Origin: Chiloscyllium plagiosum
Lineage: Eukaryota
Direction of reading: 5' to 3'
DNA length: 64,000 bases
Assembly (NCBI RefSeq): GCF_004010195.1
Contig: NC_057711.1
Coordinates: 71,691,385 to 71,755,384 of the forward strand
The position numbers and the translations under genes were made by a program. Shown one piece after another: positions 24,341-37,399 of the stretch. The notes beneath the pieces are model-generated. The model was not told the origin of the DNA. It saw only the letters and a list, made by a program, of their open reading frames with translations, and searched no databases. How positions within the stretch are numbered: position 1 is the stretch's first letter; each line of letters begins with the position of its first letter.

Positions 24341-24986
24341 TGTCACAAAGCTGGTCCCTTTTTTTCCTAAAAGCAGTTCCTTGGCTCAAGGAGACTCTGT
24401 CCTTGATTTCTTTTAGAGGGGCAATAAACCAGGCCATGCTCCGATCAGTCTGGTTTGGTACAGAGGTGAAAAGGATTTTGAGAGGCCTTTTGTTTATATG
24501 CAAACAGATGAGACTTCAGGCCAAAGTGGTCATGCTTTAGAAGTGACCTGTATAAAGAGAGGGGAGTGGTCAGCTCTCTAGCTAGCTGAGAAGTTTTAGG
24601 TCATTGTTGAACTGGGAAGTTCAACAGGGAGCTGTGGGGAAACTCTCTCTCTTTTCTGCCCATCAACTTCAACCTGTGAGAATGTGTTCCATTTATACTG
24701 GTTTTTAAAGGGAGTTTGCCTATTGGGACTGTTGTGTGTATGTGGAACAGCATAATTAACTCTAGTTGGATAGGTTGAGTTCTGTAGGGGTTCTTTGTTC
24801 TGTTCTTTGTGTTTCATTGTGTAATTTTGTGAATACATTTTGTGAATACATTTAAAATTGCGTAGTCAACCTAGCTATCTTACTCCGGGTAATATTCACT
24901 GTACGCTTACCAAAACAAATTGTAAAGTTATGGTCTGGGGCTGCCTGCTTAAGAATGTATTGAGTGGTCTGGCCTAGTCCATAACA
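24341..24986 (+). mobile_element. Solo LTR (646 bp) inserted in the L2 relic
   Basis: TGTCACA...ATAACA termini; flanks ttgc/tagc (4-bp TSD, one mismatch); TATAAA near 24551. Confidence 0.7.
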
Positions 24987-25049
24987 TAGCTCCTTTATCA
25001 GATTGTATATTCACCATTCATCCATCGCTGGATCAGCAGAAATGGATGT

Positions 25050-26020
25050 GGGTATAGTGGCCTTATAGAAATCTTACTGGACTGGTAATCCAGATATCCA
25101 GGGAAATGTTCTGATGACAAGAAGTTTAATCTCCTCATGGCAGATGGTGGAATTTAAATTCAAGCAATTGATAAATCTGGAATTATCATCTATTCGTGGT
25201 AATGATTGGATAGTCCAATCCCGTTTGGTTCATGAATACACATTAAGGAAGGAAATCTGCCTTCCTAACCAATTCTGATCTACTTATGGCTTCAGAGGCA
25301 CACAATATGATTGGCTCTTAACTATCCTCTGATTGGCCTAGCTAGACACTCAGTGTAACAAACTACTACAGAATTGTCAAAAAGGAATAAAACAGACCTC
25401 TCCGCATTAATATAGACACTAGCATATCCAGTCCTTTGAATCTTTCAGATATCTTATTACTAATATCTAGGGGCTTGTATCAAAACTAACAGAACTGTCT
25501 CAAAGATCAGTCAAGCAACAGGTATGGTTACGCTCACAGAATCAAACCTTGGATAATGTTCAGACACCACTATCACTTCCTTTAGGTTGTCATGTCCCAC
25601 TGAAAAGCCATAGGCAGTAGCAGTACAGTGGTTCTAAGTTCTGCAGTGCTGCCATCTGTAACTGGGAGTGGTTTTGGACAACTAAACTGAGAAGGAAGCT
25701 CGACATATATCCCTGTTCTCAATGAAGGGAGAGCCCAGCACATCAGTGCATAACATGTTTGATCCAATCACAACCATCTTCAGCCAAAAATGTCGAGTGA
25801 ATGATCTATCTCAGCTTCCTCTTCAAGTCCCCACATCACAAATACCAAACTCCAGCCAATTTTATGCACTCCACATGATGTTAAGAAATGATTAAAAACT
25901 AGATTTGCAAAGGCTATGGACCCTGACAACATTTCTGCAATAATAATGAAGACATGTACCATCACGTTCCAATACAGCTACAAAACTGACTTCGACCCAG
26001 CAATGTGGAAAATTGCTCAG
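25050..26020 (+). mobile_element. LINE-B 5' region: tRNA/SINE-like head followed by APE endonuclease start and deleted ORF
   Basis: Head aligns by eye with the SINE at 43748; then LLLI/NI*GLVSKLTELSQRSVKQQ...TLTES, resembling an APE N-terminus; KAMDPDNI pre-RT motif near 25910. Confidence 0.65.
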
Positions 26021-26059
26021 ACATATTCTGGCAAGATAAAGCAAACTTTTATGTCTGTC

Positions 26060-27715
26060 ATTTATTTTTATTCATCCATGGAATGTGAGCATCAGTGTCT
26101 TAGCCAATATTTATTGCCTATCTCTAATTGGTCTGGAGATGGTGGTGGTAAGATGCTTCCATGAATTACTACAGTTCTTGGGGTGCTATGTTGTTAGAAA
26201 GGGCATTCAAAGATTTTGACCTCGCAACAGTGAAAGAAGAGCAATATTATTTCCAAGTCAGAATGATGTGAGGCTTCAGTGTACTTATAATTGGTTGTAT
26301 TCCCATGCTAAAAATGTGTTGCTGGAAAAGCGCAGCAGGTCAGGCAGCATCCAAGGAGCAGGAGAATTGACGTTTCGGGCATGAGCCCTTCTTCAGGAAT
26401 GAGGAAAGTGTGCTAAGCAGGCTAAGATAAAAGGTAGGGAGGAGGGACTTGGGGGAGGGGCGTTGGAAATGCGATAGGTGGAAGGAAGTTAAGGTGAGGG
26501 TGATAAGGTGAGGGTGATAGGCCAGAGTGGGGTGGGGGCGGAGAGGTCAGGAAGAAGATTGCAGGTTAGGAAGGTGGTGCTGAGTTCGAGGGTTGGGACT
26601 GAGACAAGGTGGGAGAGGAGAAATGAATGTATTCCCATGCATTTGCAGCCACTGTCTTTCTAAGACACAGGTTTAGAAGCTGCTGTCTAAGGACCCTTGG
26701 TGAGTTACTTCAATGCATCTTTTAGATAGTATGCACTTCTGCCACGGTGTGTTGGTGATGGTGATAGCGAATGTTGAAGGTGGTGGATGGGGTGCCAACC
26801 GAGCAGACTACTTTATCTTCAGCTGTGTCAAGACTTTTGAGTGTTGTTGGAATTTCATTCACTCAGACAAGTGGAGAGTATTCTATCACACTCCTGGCTT
26901 GTGATTTGTATAGCCAGGGTATTCTATCACACTCCTGGCTGGTCCAGTTCAGTTTCTGATCAATGCTAACTCCCAGGATAGAGTGGGTTTCAGTAATGGT
27001 AATATGTCATTGAACACTAAAGGGGAGACGGTTTGCTTCTCTCTTGTTGGGAATGTTCAAGGTTATTCTGTGGCATAAATGTTATGTGTTATTTGTAAGT
27101 TCAAGGCTAAATGCTGTCCTGGTCTTGTTGTATTTGAGTATGGAATGCTACAGAATCTGTAAAATTGGGAATGGTGCTGAATATTGTGCAATCTTTGGCA
27201 AACATCTCCACTTTTGACCTTATGATGGAGGGAAGGTGATGAATAAGCAGTTAAGGTGATTGAGTTTCGGACACTAACCTGAGGAACTCCTGCAGAGATG
27301 TCCTGTGGCTGAGCTGATTGACATCCACCAATCAGAACCATTTTCCTTTGTGCTAGATATAATTTTGTGGTGGATATAACCAGTGGAAAATATTCCCTGA
27401 TTCCCACAGACTTCAGTATTGTCTGGGTTCAATGATACTTTTGTGATTTTTGCTGCCTTGATGTGAAGTGCATTACATTCACCTTATCTGTGGAGTTCAT
27501 GTTTGGACCAAGCTTGTACTGAGGTCAAGAGCCGAGTTAGTTCATTAGAACCCAAACTGGGGGACAAGGAACAAGTGCAATCCTTTGCAAGTGCTGCACT
27601 GTCACTTTACTGATAACAGCTACTGGGCTAATGGCAGTAATTGGCCAATTTAGATTTGTCCTGCTTTTTGTGCACAGGTCATAATTGGGCAATTTTCCAC
27701 ATTACCAGGTAGATG
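26060..27715 (-). mobile_element. LINE-B 3' half (RT to tail), interrupted by a PLE
   Basis: QPQDISAGVPQVSV in ORF 27063..27407; tail reverse complement ...gctcacattccatggatgaataaa. Confidence 0.75.
26309..26627 (-). mobile_element. PLE 3' fragment (family A) with intact hammerhead core at 26369-26396
   Basis: Perfect 13-bp TSD tgtattcccatgc at 26296-26308 and 26628-26640; reverse complement CTGAAGA-A-GGGC(TCAT)GCCC-GAAACGTC. Confidence 0.88.
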
Positions 27716-27759
27716 CTTGTGTGTACAATTCTCAAGCTACTCTTGATTATCAGCAAAGG

Positions 27760-28700
27760 GGGAGGTCAGAATTGAGTGTCCAAGGAGTTTTACCAAAACT
27801 GAAGTCTATTGGGATCAGGGAAACAGGAAGCACAAAAGGAAGATGGCTGTGGTTGTTGGAGGCCAAATAGTTCAGTACCTGGATATTAATGCAGGAATTC
27901 CTTAGGATAGTGTCTGAGGTTATTGAAGTCTGGGTCATTGATGGAAAGTAGTCCACATGTATGTCAGTGGACATTAATAACCTTTAACAAGTATAAATAT
28001 ATACGGGAGATGATAAGAGGAGAGAGTTCTGAAAAATTACAGACTTATATGATCTGATATCATTATGATGTACAAACTGACACACAGTAAAAAGCCTGGT
28101 CAGTTTTCTTGGAGAAAAGGTATAGTTAACCCCAGGCCCAACTTCAGTTTCTTCATCAAGTGACATTCCCTACATCATAAGTTTAAAAGAAAAAATGTTT
28201 GCTGATTATCACATACTGGTCAGCATCATTTGTGACTCCTCAGATTCTGAGGCAGTCTCTACTTAGATACAGCAAAACCCTGGACAACATCCAGGCTTGA
28301 GCTAGTAAATGGCAAGTAACATCTGTGCAATACAAGTGCTAGGCAATTACGATCTTCGACAAGGAATAATCTATCCTTCTCCCCAAACATTCAACTACAT
28401 TAAAATTCCTGAATCCTTGGTCACTGACATTGACAGCCATATACATACTGTGACTACAAGAATGTTCAGGGCTGAGAATTTTGCTGTTCATAATTCACTT
28501 CCTGACTCCTAAAGTCTGTGCCCCATCCAAAAGACTCAATCCAGGCATATAATAGAATACTCTCCACTTACCTGTTTGAATGGGGTGCCAACAATACTCC
28601 AGAAGCTCAAAACAATCCCAGTTTAAGTAACCTGTTTGGTAGGCAGCACATCCACCAACAAAACTTCCAGTCACTCCACCACTGGTGCACTGAGTACAGC
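27760..28700 (+). mobile_element. LINE-B RT relic (with unrelated sequence at about 27.92-28.12 kb)
   Basis: QGVLPKLKSIGIR; DINAGIP*DS; MFADY at about 28195-28209. Confidence 0.65.
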
Positions 28701-28751
28701 ACTATGTGCCACTGCTTGAGTGCACAGAATCTGAAGCCAGATGTTTGATTC

Positions 28752-28786
28752 AGCCCTTTATCCATAAGTGTTATGGATAAAGGGCT
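28752..28786. repeat. Perfect 16-bp inverted repeat with 3-nt loop
   Basis: agccctttatccataa-gtg-ttatggataaagggct. Confidence 0.95.
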
Positions 28787-28819
28787 AATCTCTCTCTCTG
28801 TCGCCCTTTCTCTCTCTTT

Positions 28820-29285
28820 CTTGCAAGGGTTGGAGTATTTGAACTATAGGGAGAGGCTGAATAGGCTGAGGCTGTTTTCCCGGGAGCATTAGAAGCGAGG
28901 GGTGACCTTATAGAAATTTATAAAATCATGAGGGGCATGGATAGGTTAAATAGACAAGGTCTTTTCACTGGGGTGGGGGAGTCCAGAATTAAAGGGCATA
29001 GGATAAGGGTGAGAAGGGAATGATTTGAAAGGGGCCTAAGGGGCAACTTTTTCACACAGAGGATGGTGCTTGTATGGAATGAGCTGCCAGCAGAAGTGGT
29101 GGAGACTGGTACAATTACTACATTTAAAAGGCATCTGGATGGGTGCATGAATAGGAAGGATTTGGGGATAGGGGCCAAGTGCTGGCAAATGGGACTAGAT
29201 TAGTTTAAGATATCTGGTCAGCATGGACGAGTTGGACTGAAGGGTCTGTTTCCATGCTGTACATAATGTGACTTTATGACTCTAA
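28820..29285 (+). mobile_element. CR1 3' fragment
   Basis: YRERLNRL..RGDLIEIYKIMRG; 3' UTR ending tttatgactcta. Confidence 0.92.
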
Positions 29286-29419
29286 AGTCTAGTTTTTGAT
29301 TACATTTAGCAATTCATTAAAAATGTTTAATTTAAGATGCAATCTAATTCTCCTGTATTTACAATGAGCCAGTAAATAACAGAAAATGTTTAAATTAAAA
29401 TGTACATTTTTTTTGCAGT

Positions 29420-30250
29420 CTGAAGTGGGGCGATGTAAACTCTCTGTGATAGCTGTACCTAGCTAATTTAATGAGTTATCTGGGCTTCAGAAGAGCTTCC
29501 TTTTTCTTCAGTGAGTATAAGTGCAGGGGTTTCTTGACTGCAGAATGTGAAGCTTGGATGTTTGGTAAGTGAGAGAGTTCTGCTAAGAAGGAAACTATAA
29601 ATTAATTAAGAAAAATATATTTAATTAACAGAACAAAGATAGCAGGTCAGGTGATGCATCACAGTTGCAGCCTGTGGGAACCTCTGGATGTCTCTGCAAT
29701 TCAAGAAAACCACATTTGTAGTAATTGCCTGTGAATAAAAGAGCCTTGCCTCAGAGTTAAAGAGCTGGGGGCTGAGGTGCAGATATTGTGATGCATTGAG
29801 GACGGGATCGGTTGCCTGTACACTTCGACCCAGCAGGTAGGCACACCCCTTAGGTCAGAGCAAACTAATCTGGACAGAGATAGGGATAGAAGGCAGCTTC
29901 GATTCAGGCAGGGAAGTGGGTCTTGCAACTTATATGGACAAGTGTGAGGGCAGTAATATTAATGAACAGACTAACTGTGCCAACATGGTACAGGAAACCA
30001 TTTATATGAGGGAAATTCAAAGACATGTGGTAGCAAAAGTGACCTGTATAGCCAGGGGAAAAGATACCATTCCCTGGAGCTGAACAATTGAATCCAAAAA
30101 GCTGTGTTGCCTACATGTTGCTGTGGTCTGGGATATTTCCTGAAGGCAAGAAAGAAACTTGAAATGGAAAGGGGAAAATCCGGTTGTTGTGGTCCATGTC
30201 AAAACCAATGGCATAAATAAGAAATTAGGACACATGTTCTGAGTCAGCAG
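29420..30250 (+). mobile_element. Old CR1 5' UTR/ORF1 relic (zinc finger and esterase)
   Basis: GQVMHHSCSLWE...HICSNC; PVVVVHVKTNGI resembles VIVHIGTNDI of the full-length copy. Confidence 0.7.
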
Positions 30251-30254
30251 TAAT

Positions 30255-30606
30255 AGACTTGAGTTATAGGGAGAGGCTGAATAGGCTTGGGCTACTTTCC
30301 CTGGAGCATCGGAGGCTGAGGGGTGACCTTATAAAACCCTGAGGGGCATGGATAGAATAAATAGACAGTCTTTTTTTCCTGGGATTGGGGAGCCCAGAAC
30401 TAGAGGGTATAGGTTTAGGGTGAGAGGGGAAAGATATAAAAGGGACCTAAGGGACAACTTTTTCACGCAGAGGATGGTATGTTTATGGAATGAGATGCCA
30501 GAGGAAGTTGTGGAGGCTGGTACAATTACGGTATCTTGTCGGCATGGATGAATTGGACTGAAAGGTCTGTTTCCATGCTGTAATTTCTATGACTCTATGA
30601 CTGTAT
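30255..30606 (+). mobile_element. CR1 3' fragment, internally deleted
   Basis: MDRINRQSFFPGIGEPRTRGYRF; tail ctatgactctatgact. Confidence 0.92.
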
Positions 30607-30679
30607 CAATGAATTTGGGAATAATACAGGAAAATAGCCGTGAAATTGAAGATCAGCCATGATCATACTGGGCTTGAAG

Positions 30680-30903
30680 ATCTGAGTCAACAGTGTGGTA
30701 CTGGAAAAGCATAGCAGTTCAGGCAGAATCCAAGGAGCAGGAGAATCGATGTTTCGAGCACAAGTCATTCATCAGGAATCATGATATTGGTCTTATGCCT
30801 GAAATGTCAATTCTCCTGCTCCTCCAATGCTGTCTGACCTGCTGTGCTTTTCCAACACCACACTCTCGACTCTGATCTCAGCATCTGCAATCCTCACTTT
30901 CTC
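30680..30903. mobile_element. PLE fold-back insert (family A), decayed hammerheads
   Basis: 12-bp TSD ctgggcttgaag at 30668-30679 and 30904-30915; two inverted pLTR arms. Confidence 0.85.
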
Positions 30904-32659
30904 CTGGGCTTGAAGGTATGATTGGATTACTTCTGCTTATTTTTCTTATATACTTCATTAAGGAGCAATTCATGCTGGCTCCCTCATCACCAGGTTGTAA
31001 ACCTGTGACCTTTAACACCTAGAAAGTCAAGAGCAGATGCATGGGAATACCAAAACATGCAAATTCCCTTCCAAGTCTCACTATCCTGACTCAGAGCTTT
31101 CTTGTTATCCCTTTCCAGTCACTGACTTAAGAAAACTATGACTCCGTGGAAAATCCTGGGCTCACCAGCAATATCTATATTCTGTGAAATAATATAAATA
31201 ATTAAATATTGGGAAGGCTGAAGTCATTTTTTGTGTTCCCCATTCTCGACACTATTCCATAACTATCAGCTCAATGTCTCTTCCTGGTCATTGCCTGAGA
31301 CGAAGAGACTGCTGGCAGCCTTGGTGTCACATTGGCCCTGGGATGACCAACAATATACTCGTGCATCACCAATGTCATCTAATTCCAACTCCGTAACCTT
31401 GCTCACAGGCTGCTAAAACTTTCAATCATGTTATTTTGCCTCAGGACTTGAGCATTCCTGATCGTCTCCCACATTCTGCCTTCCATAAACCTGAGGTAAT
31501 CTGAAACTCTGTGTCCTAACGCACAGCGCATTCCTTCTACATATAATTGCTCTGCTCAAAGATCTAATAGGGCTAAAAACCAAAATGAGACTGTGATTAT
31601 ATAGTGAACTGAGCAACATTGGCTTTAGTGAGATGTGTGGTGGAATCAGATGAGAGCTCTGGCAAGGCCCATCTCAATGTTGGGGGCAATATACATGAGT
31701 ACTGTATGGGAAGGTTGCAGTTGGGACTCTTTGCACACATGGTCAGGGACTTAGCTCATGGGCTGGACCAGACTGCATCTCAGGGCTGCTTAATTGATGC
31801 CTTCATGCTTACTTACTTATTGCCCACTTGCATGTTTCTTGCAATGCCAATTTGTAGGGGCACAGGTCTTGCTTTACGTCAGTGTGTTACATCTGCGTCA
31901 TGTACCAGTAGGATTCGCTGCAAACATGATGTGTGTGCTACAAGTGTCAGAATCCTAGTGGGGGGTGGGTTTGTCTTTACTGAAGTTCATCAAGCATCTG
32001 TCCATCAGTCGGGAGTCCCAGCTCAACAAGCCAATTACCAATACCAGTCCAGGGGGTTGGCCACAGCGTGTCTTCCACTTGGGGTGATTCTGGTCAGAGG
32101 GTCCATGCCACTGCAGTCCGGGATAGGTCATGGTCCATCCTACAGCTCCACAGTGACCAGTCCACAGGGGAGGCGAACGTGAAGGGGGTGTGTCCAGTAT
32201 GAGTTAGGGATATGGGTGTGTCTCATCCAGGAGCTGTTAGTTAAGTTGTCAAAAGGTGTGTGCCATGGTCAGTCCATCAGATTTGTCCATAGAAACTAAA
32301 GAGGTTGGGAAGGGTGGGTATTGGTGGCTAATCTTATGGGAATGAGGTTAATCTTCAGGACTAGGGTTCTAGGGATGGGAAGATCACAATTGTCTGGGGC
32401 TACAGTATTGGCAAGAGGAGGATACGATAAATGTTGCCTTGGAAGGGATTAACGTAACAGAGAGAAATGGAGCCCCCTGGTCTCAAATGGGGGACAGTGA
32501 ATGACCGAATCTGGCATCCTCAGGGCTGGATGTATGTGTAATAGCTGGGTAGAGACTTGGGGATATGTGAAATCTGTGGGGTTTACCGGTTGGGTGACTA
32601 GGAGGAGAGTGTGGATGTTTGGAGCTCATCAACACATTCAAGCGGAAGCAAGAAGCCAC

Positions 32660-33040
32660 TCACACTTCATCCAAGGTCTTGATTTTAAAATTCTCATCTT
32701 TGGTCCCAAATCTCTCTGTGGCCCCAATCTGCTGTCATTTCCTCCGATTCCGCAACCTTCAAAGATTGTTGAGGGTTGAGCACCCTCACTATTATGTGCT
32801 CCACTCGAAGAAGCCATGATTTTAGTTGTCTATCCTTTAATTTCTGGCATTCTCTGTAAACTTCTACCTCACGTTCCCTCTCTAAGAAACTCACTGAAGC
32901 CTACCTCCTTGACCTAGCTTTTGTCCATTTGTCCTAATATCTCAGGTAGCTTGATGTGCCATTTTGTTTTCCAATAGCCCTCTAAAGTGCTTTATGTTTA
33001 ATTTTAATAGATTAAAAGGCGCTATATAAATAATGCTGTC
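32660..33040 (+). mobile_element. L2 LINE 3' end
   Basis: QGLDFKILIFGPKSLCGP resembles RIDFKILL..FK.L.G.AP; tail aaaggcgctatataaat; a weaker copy lies at about 21530-21800. Confidence 0.75.
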
Positions 33041-34689
33041 TTCATTAAAGTTCCTTTGCCTGACAACCACAGTCGACTCTCAAGTTCATAGCAAAACTTG
33101 GACACTCACCAAAAATTACATTGCTATTTCCAATTTTGCACCCAAGATCAATGCAGCCTTTTGTTCATGGACACACATTGAAGTTGAAAAGCTTCACAGT
33201 AACTTACACTGAAATTAAAGTGCTGGAAGAGGGTTTGCATGTGTCGGCCCCAGGCCAGAGATTCAAAACATTTTATCATAATATTTTATACAGTTTAAAG
33301 GAGAGCCCTGTTACTGCCAGCAGCGTGTTTCACAGCTTGTTGATATTCCAGGTCATGAGTTGTATCGTCGTCCCCTGCCAAATCCCTCTCCAACCTCAAT
33401 GCTCTCTCCTCACCGATCAATGGCTGCTCCTCACAATTTTGAATTCCAGCCCACAAAGAATTAGTTACGCTGCTTCATTCTGCATGTGAAGAATTTAATC
33501 ATATTTTATGTAAATTCCCTAAGGTTAGTTGTTTCTTCACTGCAGTTTTTGAGCACTTCATTTGCTATACCAGTGCATCAAGTGTAGCACATAACCACCC
33601 AAAATAATGGCAAATTTTAACATTGAACTCTTATCCTTAAATAAAGCTTTAAAAATAGAAGTACAGGTAGTTTTTCTCATTGAAAGGATGGGAGTACTGT
33701 TCATTGAGCTGTCTTGTTTAATGAGAAGGGTTTGTTGTATTTGAGTTTGAACTCTATTGGGTTGTACGGTGTAAAAATAGATACTTCAACAAAACAAAAA
33801 TAAGCTGTGCTACAAAAACCATTTTTTGGTAAGAGACCAAGTTTAATTACAAACTTTCAAACCACAAATAGAAGACTGTAGTGAAGAGCAGTTTAAAGTA
33901 ATAACCGTCAGTATTAACCACAACTGGCTATCTGAAAGTGGGATAAGCTGCAATCACATCAATTTACAGTAACAGCCACCATCTGACAGATACAGGCAGT
34001 ACAAGTGGTTTTTGTATCTTCTAATAAAAATAGACCACAATTTCTGATGAGCTCTTTTGCTTTTAAATAAGTATTTCTCCTGAGTCGCTTTATTTTGTTC
34101 ACATTGCTGAACTGTCAGATTTCTGAAATTTAACCATTGCAACCAAATTTTGGTATTGCAACTTAATTTAGGTTAAAGATAATTTACTTACACCAAAATG
34201 TTATTCAAATTCAAATAACTATGGTCATTAAAAGGAGATAATTAATTTCTGTAAATTACAACTACTGAATGCAGCTTTAGACACAATGGTACGACACAAT
34301 GAGCTCGCTGTGTGCTAATAACTGTTGGTCCTGCTTATTGCAAGCACTGCTGTAAAGGTTGACAGGGTTGGCTGCACTTGACTAATCAATAGTTTTCAAA
34401 TATATTGATGTTTGGAGTACAAGTGAAAGTTCCCAAGAGGTCAGAGAGGTCAGGATGGAAAAGGCCACTTTATCTGAGCCTGTGTTAATGCTTGTAAGAT
34501 GTCAGATATCCCCCATGTTTACCACAGTTGTGCAACTGGTAAAGCCTGACACCACATATCAGCGCTCAAACATGGAGCAACAAACAATGGATTATTGTTC
34601 TCTTGTATGGAATGTTATTAGTCTGCATTACTCATGCCACATAATACTTAAAAAAAGGAGTTTATGCGCTGGTATTCCTTATTGACTAG

Positions 34690-34822
34690 AAAGGGTTTCT
34701 AGAAATACGGGCCAAATGCTGGGAAATGGGGCTACATCAGTTTAGGATATCTGGTCAGCATGGACAAGTTGGACCGAAGGGTCTGTTTCCATGCTGTATA
34801 ACTCCATGACTCTATGACTCTC
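34690..34822 (+). mobile_element. CR1 3' UTR fragment
   Basis: gggccaaatgctgg...gggtctgtttccatgctgta...atgactctatgactct. Confidence 0.9.
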
Positions 34823-35919
34823 AGAGAAACCTACTGCTACCTTGTTGGGACTATTCAAGAAAACTTGGACGGGAGAAGTGAATACTGCAGTATATATTCA
34901 ATACGAAAACAGTAAAAGCTGGAAGAACATAGTAGGATTTTAAAGCAATTACAGGTCTTTTTCTTGCCAGGATGTAGCAATAAATTACAAATCTGCCGCT
35001 CAGAAGATCATATTACCTCAGCATTTGCCAGGGAGGTACATTTTATAGACTGGCTTGCGTGCAGTTTCAAACACTGTATTAAATTCTCCTCAGTGTGTTA
35101 TTAATCTTCAGTGAAACTGACACACACAGTCTGATGATGTTCAGCGAGGAGAAATGTTAAATAGTTAATAATAACATACTAATGATTGCTCCCTATTATA
35201 AGGCTTTATCAAGCCTCTGCCAATTTAATAGCTAGCTTAATCAAGATCAGAGTATGTATTTAGGGTGAAGGTGATCATCCCAGTAATTCTGTTAGTGGAA
35301 ATCTTGTTATCTTTCGAGGAGGTTGCCATCCAATTATAGTTATTTCCACTCAGCTTTTTTTTTTAGAAATATGTCACACACATTGAAAAAAAACACAGGA
35401 AAAGAATTTCAAATAATCACCATATTTCAGTTGCAGTACTTTTAATTCCCAGACAATGATAGTGTTCATGTACTTGGAAAATATTCTTAAAAGGGCTGAA
35501 TCAGCATTGGACAAGATGTTTCTGATCTTTAACACAGAGGCGAAAGATCAAAGTTATATTGGTAATCATAATTGTTAGGGCCCATTCCATTTGGAGTGTA
35601 ATCATGTAAGCTGTCATTTTCAAAATCCACAAGGTTATATGCTTTTGCTGCTCTCTTGAATAATTTTTCTTCCCCTGTCAATGAATTCACTTGTTTGTAT
35701 TTTTTTAACTTGTCGACATAATCTGATCCTTCATTTTTCTACAAGGGAAGTGTTACTTTTAAAGATTGTATTTTTCTTTTAAATTTTCTCTCGAGATCTG
35801 TCATTTTTATTTCCACCAGAAAAAAAGAAATTGAAAAACAGCAATATCTGTACAAGAAGATAATAATTTTCTTAATTTTATCCTCCTGTCCTAAATATTC
35901 ATTCTATTTTATTAATGTA

Positions 35920-36838
35920 ATAGAGTCATAGAGTCATAGAGATGTACAGCATGGAAACAGACCCTTCAGTCCAACCCGTCCATGCCGACCAGATATCCCA
36001 ACCCAATCTAGTCCCACCTGCCAGCACCCGGCCCATATCCCTCCAAACCCTTCCTATTCATATACCCACCCAAATGCCTCTTAAATGTTGCAATTGTACC
36101 AGCCTCCATCACTTCCTCTGGCAGCTCATTCCATACACGTACCACCCTCTGCATGAAAACGTTGCCCCTTTGGTTTCTTTTATATCTTTCCCCTCTCAGC
36201 CTAAACCCTCTAGTTCTGGACTCCCCGACCCCAGGGAAAAGACTTTGCCTATTTGCCCTTGCATGCCCCTCATAATTTTGTAAACCTCTATAAGGTCACC
36301 CCTCAGCCTCCGACACTCCAGGGAAAACAGCCCCAGCCTGTTCAGCTACTCCCTGAACCTCAAATCCTCCAGCCCTGGCAACATACTTGTAAATCTTTTC
36401 TGAACCCTTTCAAGTTTCACANGCTATGAACCTGCACTCCAAGGTCTCTGTTCAGCAACACTCCCTAGAACCTTACCATTAAGTGTATAAGTCCTGCTAA
36501 GATTTGCTTTCCCAAAATGCAGCACCTCGCATTTATCTGAATTAAACTCCAACTGCCACTTCTCAGCCCATTGGCCCATCTGGTCAAGAACTTGTTGTAA
36601 TCTGAGGTAACCCTCTTCGTTGTCCACTACACCTCCAATTTTGGTGTCATCTGCAAACTTACTAACTGTACCTCTAATGCTCGCATCCAAATCATTTATG
36701 TAAGTGACAAAATGTAGAGGACCCAGCACCGATCCTTGTGGCACTCCACTGGTCACAGGCCTCTAGTCTGAAAGACAACCCTCCACCACCACCCTCTGTC
36801 TTCTACCTTTCAGTTAGTTCTGTATCCAAATGGCTAAT
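35920..36838 (-). mobile_element. CR1 RT/3' fragment containing an assembly N (36422)
   Basis: [13 protein letters not shown]...[10 protein letters not shown]; tagagtca repeated tail. Confidence 0.95.
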
Positions 36839-37399
36839 CTTCCAGAGCACTGAATAATTTGCGTAAAACCATCCCCAGTGTTAACAAGTCTTCTGCCTCT
36901 AATCACTTCAGGCAGTACTGGACTTAAATACCTCCACAATGTAAGTAACTTTCTGGAGAAGTCTGCAAACTCACCATGAACTTACTTGTTGAATTCTTCT
37001 GGCAATTTCTGTTTTGTTTCAGATTTCCAGCATCTGCAGCATTATTGTACTTCTAGTTCAGCTAACTTGCTGCGATTTGCAAGATTTGTTACACTGCTGT
37101 TTACAACCAGAACAATTTGTTCAGGCATCTGCTCTGAGTGAATCGAACAAGTTTATATTCAGTCTGCAAGAAACTGATTTGTCAGGAACTAGAAGAACCG
37201 GTTGTTCTTGCATAGGGCTTGCAAAATTTGCTGTTGACTAAATAAAAGCTATTGTGAAGAACTTGCATTTACATTTATTGTCATTACCATTTAATACATA
37301 ATGTTGTATGTTTGGGGAAACAACCACTCACAGCTTATCGTTGGGATGGAGCATTGCCACCAATCCTCCATTCAAGATATTTTCTGATCAACCTGATCA

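Noticed and set aside
31619..32182. 187-aa ORF in a GC-richer block (about 31.1-32.6 kb)
   Set aside because: TTG start and no domain motif; probably a decayed DNA transposon interior, but I could not identify ends or family
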